DNA of 63,950 nt, the filler included, from Phoronis australis (lineage: Eukaryota > Animalia > Phoronida): assembly GCA_002633005.1 (NCBI GenBank). It is 5 parts of 5 records of this genome, joined end to end, with 100 filler letters (N's around TTAATTAATTAA, not from the genome) between each part and the next. Parts side by side here need not be neighbours in the genome. Positions count along the whole stretch, not along the records: positions 59,851 to 61,463 come from NMRA01001558.1; positions 61,564 to 63,950 come from NMRA01003696.1; 3 more parts are not named here. One strand, given 5' to 3'. A program made the translations under genes and the position numbers. Of this stretch, positions 61,115-63,950 are shown piece after piece. The notes under the pieces were generated by a model. It ran no database searches and was not told the origin of the DNA. It worked only from the letters and a program-made list of their open reading frames with translations. Each line of letters begins with the position of its first letter. Position 1 is the first letter of the stretch.

Positions 61115-63950
61115 TTGCCATGGGAACAGTTTCCTTGGATTCCACCAGCTGCAACCGTATTCTGTCCGCGCTCTGCCCGGGTCTCCGGCAGAACTAGGAT
61201 GTCGGCCATATGTTATAGACGTCTCAACACTTTGTAGAACGTTAAGTCGCAATTGCCCATCAACATCTTGTTGTACTGTTTCTTTTTCTCACCATTACTA
61301 CTTGTATATAAATATTGTGTGTTTATTTTTGTTAGAGAGCTACCGTAATATTTTCCTACAAGCTTGGTGTTTCTGCTGCAACGGTCTAAATAGTTTTTGT
61401 AGGCTTTGTTTCCTGATTGCGGGTCATCCACTTAATAGAAAAAGGTGACAGTCATGCTAAAGGNNNNNNNNNNNNNNNNNNNNNNNNNNNNNNNNNNNNN
61501 NNNNNNNTTAATTAATTAANNNNNNNNNNNNNNNNNNNNNNNNNNNNNNNNNNNNNNNNNNNNCGGCGCTGCCGGAAATGCAACTGAGCCCAACGTGAAT
61601 TGTTACTCGAAGCATATTAATTACTCAATAAAGTACATCTGCGTTATTAAACTGTGGCGAAAACTCTTGAATCGCACAGAAAGTAGCTAAAGCTTGTTTC
61701 GCTAAATTTTCCTTAAGAATTTTTGTGAAAATTATTCACAAACATAGTTCGTAACATATCCCGCTGACATACAAGATAGCCTACCCAATCAAAAAAGTGA
61801 GTCAAACTTTGACACAACTTTTGAACGTAGCATGCGAGTCAACGACACCGTTCCTTTGATGTAGGATATCATGTTTAAAGCCAAAAAGTAATTTCCGAGC
61901 CTCCCGCTACACAGTCTCGAAACCTTAATTCAGAAAAATTGCTTATAATAACAAAAGCTTAAAGTGCTTAAAACCACCATTTACCTTGTTTTGACCAGTG
62001 CTGTAGTGGGGCGTAGGCGCACGTAGGCGCAGTCAACCACCTTTTGGCATTTGAACGTACTGTAGCGCCTACTCCCCGTAAGTTACGTTCAGTGCTCAAG
62101 GCGATACGGTAGGCTTTTTGCACCTACTTACCTCTAATTTTACCACTAGGGAAATGGTTTTGACAAGCCACTACATATTGTTAGAATCACCAAACCTTCC
62201 TTTATAATACTACAAATATAACGACTGTAAATTCAATTTCTCAAAAACGAGGAATAAAGAAAAGTGTCATAGCTCCACGGACATGGTTGTGACGTATGAA
62301 CGTACCCAGAACCAGTGTGCCATGTCCACGAGCAGAAGTATCTGACGACTTTTCGAAACCATGGGCGGTGCACCATATGAGGCTGGAGGGGGGNGGGGGG
62401 GGCAGTAGCCACTCCCACTTTTTTCAGTGCTGTGGTGCCCATCGTCTATGGGCGATGCACCACCTGGGGGCTTGGAGTGGTATGATTGGTGGTCTTGACT
62501 ATATTCAGCATCTTTCAACAAATATTAAATTCTTGTTACATGGAGATCAATTAATTAACGTATCGTCAGATAGTGTTTTCGGGTGTTCCAATTTTACAGC
62601 TAATCGACTGGTGGGATTGTCTTTAGGTGTTTTTGATATAAAATTTGGTGATTTTAAGCACTGCAATCTCCTTTAGATAGTACACAAGTCATGAAATTTC
62701 ATTGAAAATCTGATGAATTATTCATATCAGCCTTAAAATTTGGGCGTTTGAAACCGATTTCAAATAGCAGCGAGTCAACTTTCTAGAGCTCAGGCACACA
62801 TAATATATTACGAGGGGGAGAATTTGAAGACTGTATTGGAATGACAAAATATATAAATCTTCTGTTCTTCAAAAATGACGAATCTAACGATTTTCTCTGG
62901 AAATTCTGGCAACATTCAAAGTGAATAAGTCTTACGTTAGCATTCCCCAAAAAGTAGATTCCCCACGATATGTTAAAGGGTATTATTATTGAAAGGGTGT
63001 TATAATTACGGTAGCGCCAAAATATGCTACGTATTTCGGCCGGTAATTAATACGCAATAAATTTTTCACACCTTCGCTTTGGTTTTCCTAGCAGTCTCTT
63101 CTCGAAATAATCTCACTTATAGCCTTGCTCGACAGGGTCAAATGAGTTATCAAGGAGTATAACAACACTCAAAGTTACTGAAAGCTTCAAATAGCCGGGT
63201 TTGTGGCCCATGCAACTCGACACTTGACAATATTTTGCCTCGTTTTCGTCTGTCATGGTTTGCTACTGTGAGAGTAAAAATGGCGACATGTATGTAACTA
63301 CATGTACACCCTAGACTTAATTAGTATGTTATTCACACTGTATAAATACAGGACAGCAACGTAAACAAAAAGTGAGCGACAGTAGAAAGATGCACTCCGA
63401 TTGGGAAAGGAGCCCAACCACAATTTTCTTTAATTCACATTTCTTGACTATGAATGCTAAGCACCGATTTGTCTGTACAGACCACATTTACACTTCCTCC
63501 ATCAGTCATGCGTGTCATCACCCTGACTGCCTGAGTAAAATTTATCAGTTGTGCAGTGTAAACAAACTTGGTACTGGTATCCTAATTGACCTACCCTTGT
63601 AGAACCTTCAATATTCTGATTATTATCCATTTCAGTACAAAATATCAACACCAGTCAAAGTATTTTTTCATTGAAAGTTTTGAATGAATTATAAATCCCA
63701 AGATGTTAATATTTTCCCAAAACCCGCCAGCATTTTTTTTGAAAGTTCTCTACCGTCTGTCGTGCCGTGGTCTACGACAGAGCCAAAAGTGTGAGCAGCG
63801 CCGTCTTAAGGCTTGGGGACGAGGCTGCAGAGAGCACATCGTAATTCCCGAAAAAAAGAGCGGTGGAATATTCTTGCCCAATTTTAGGAACTACGATCCA
63901 GCTTTTATAACCCATATAAAAAGTAATACAATTTATATCACAAATCTAAT

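Overview
This is eukaryotic, AT-rich, intron-containing DNA, most likely from a marine invertebrate, and it is rich in repeats. Four of the six N gaps are 100-bp N44-TTAATTAATTAA-N44 linkers, so adjacency across them is unproven. Two complete genes can be rebuilt by hand on the minus strand: a 6-exon 11-beta-hydroxysteroid dehydrogenase 1-like SDR (8304-17696, 297 aa) and a 5-exon SRA1/SRAP (43023-52223, 335 aa). Partial genes are the last exon of a second HSD11B1-like paralogue (30274-30500), the last two exons of an SLC22-type transporter (+, 35681-36314) and a MIB-like RING exon (+, 59668-59750). Decayed elements include a Polinton/Maverick packaging-ATPase remnant with a putative terminal region, next to an intronless, frameshifted PAN + tectonin-repeat lectin pseudogene. 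There are also RTE LINE 5' and 3' fragments, a THAP remnant, a Helentron/HINE-like element with a regularly spaced array of CTCF-like motifs, many MITEs and a cluster of unrelated minisatellites. There is no CRISPR or prokaryotic system, and no clearly new biological system is demonstrated. The best leads are the CTCF-motif array, the Polinton/lectin block and the structured RTE 5' RNA.
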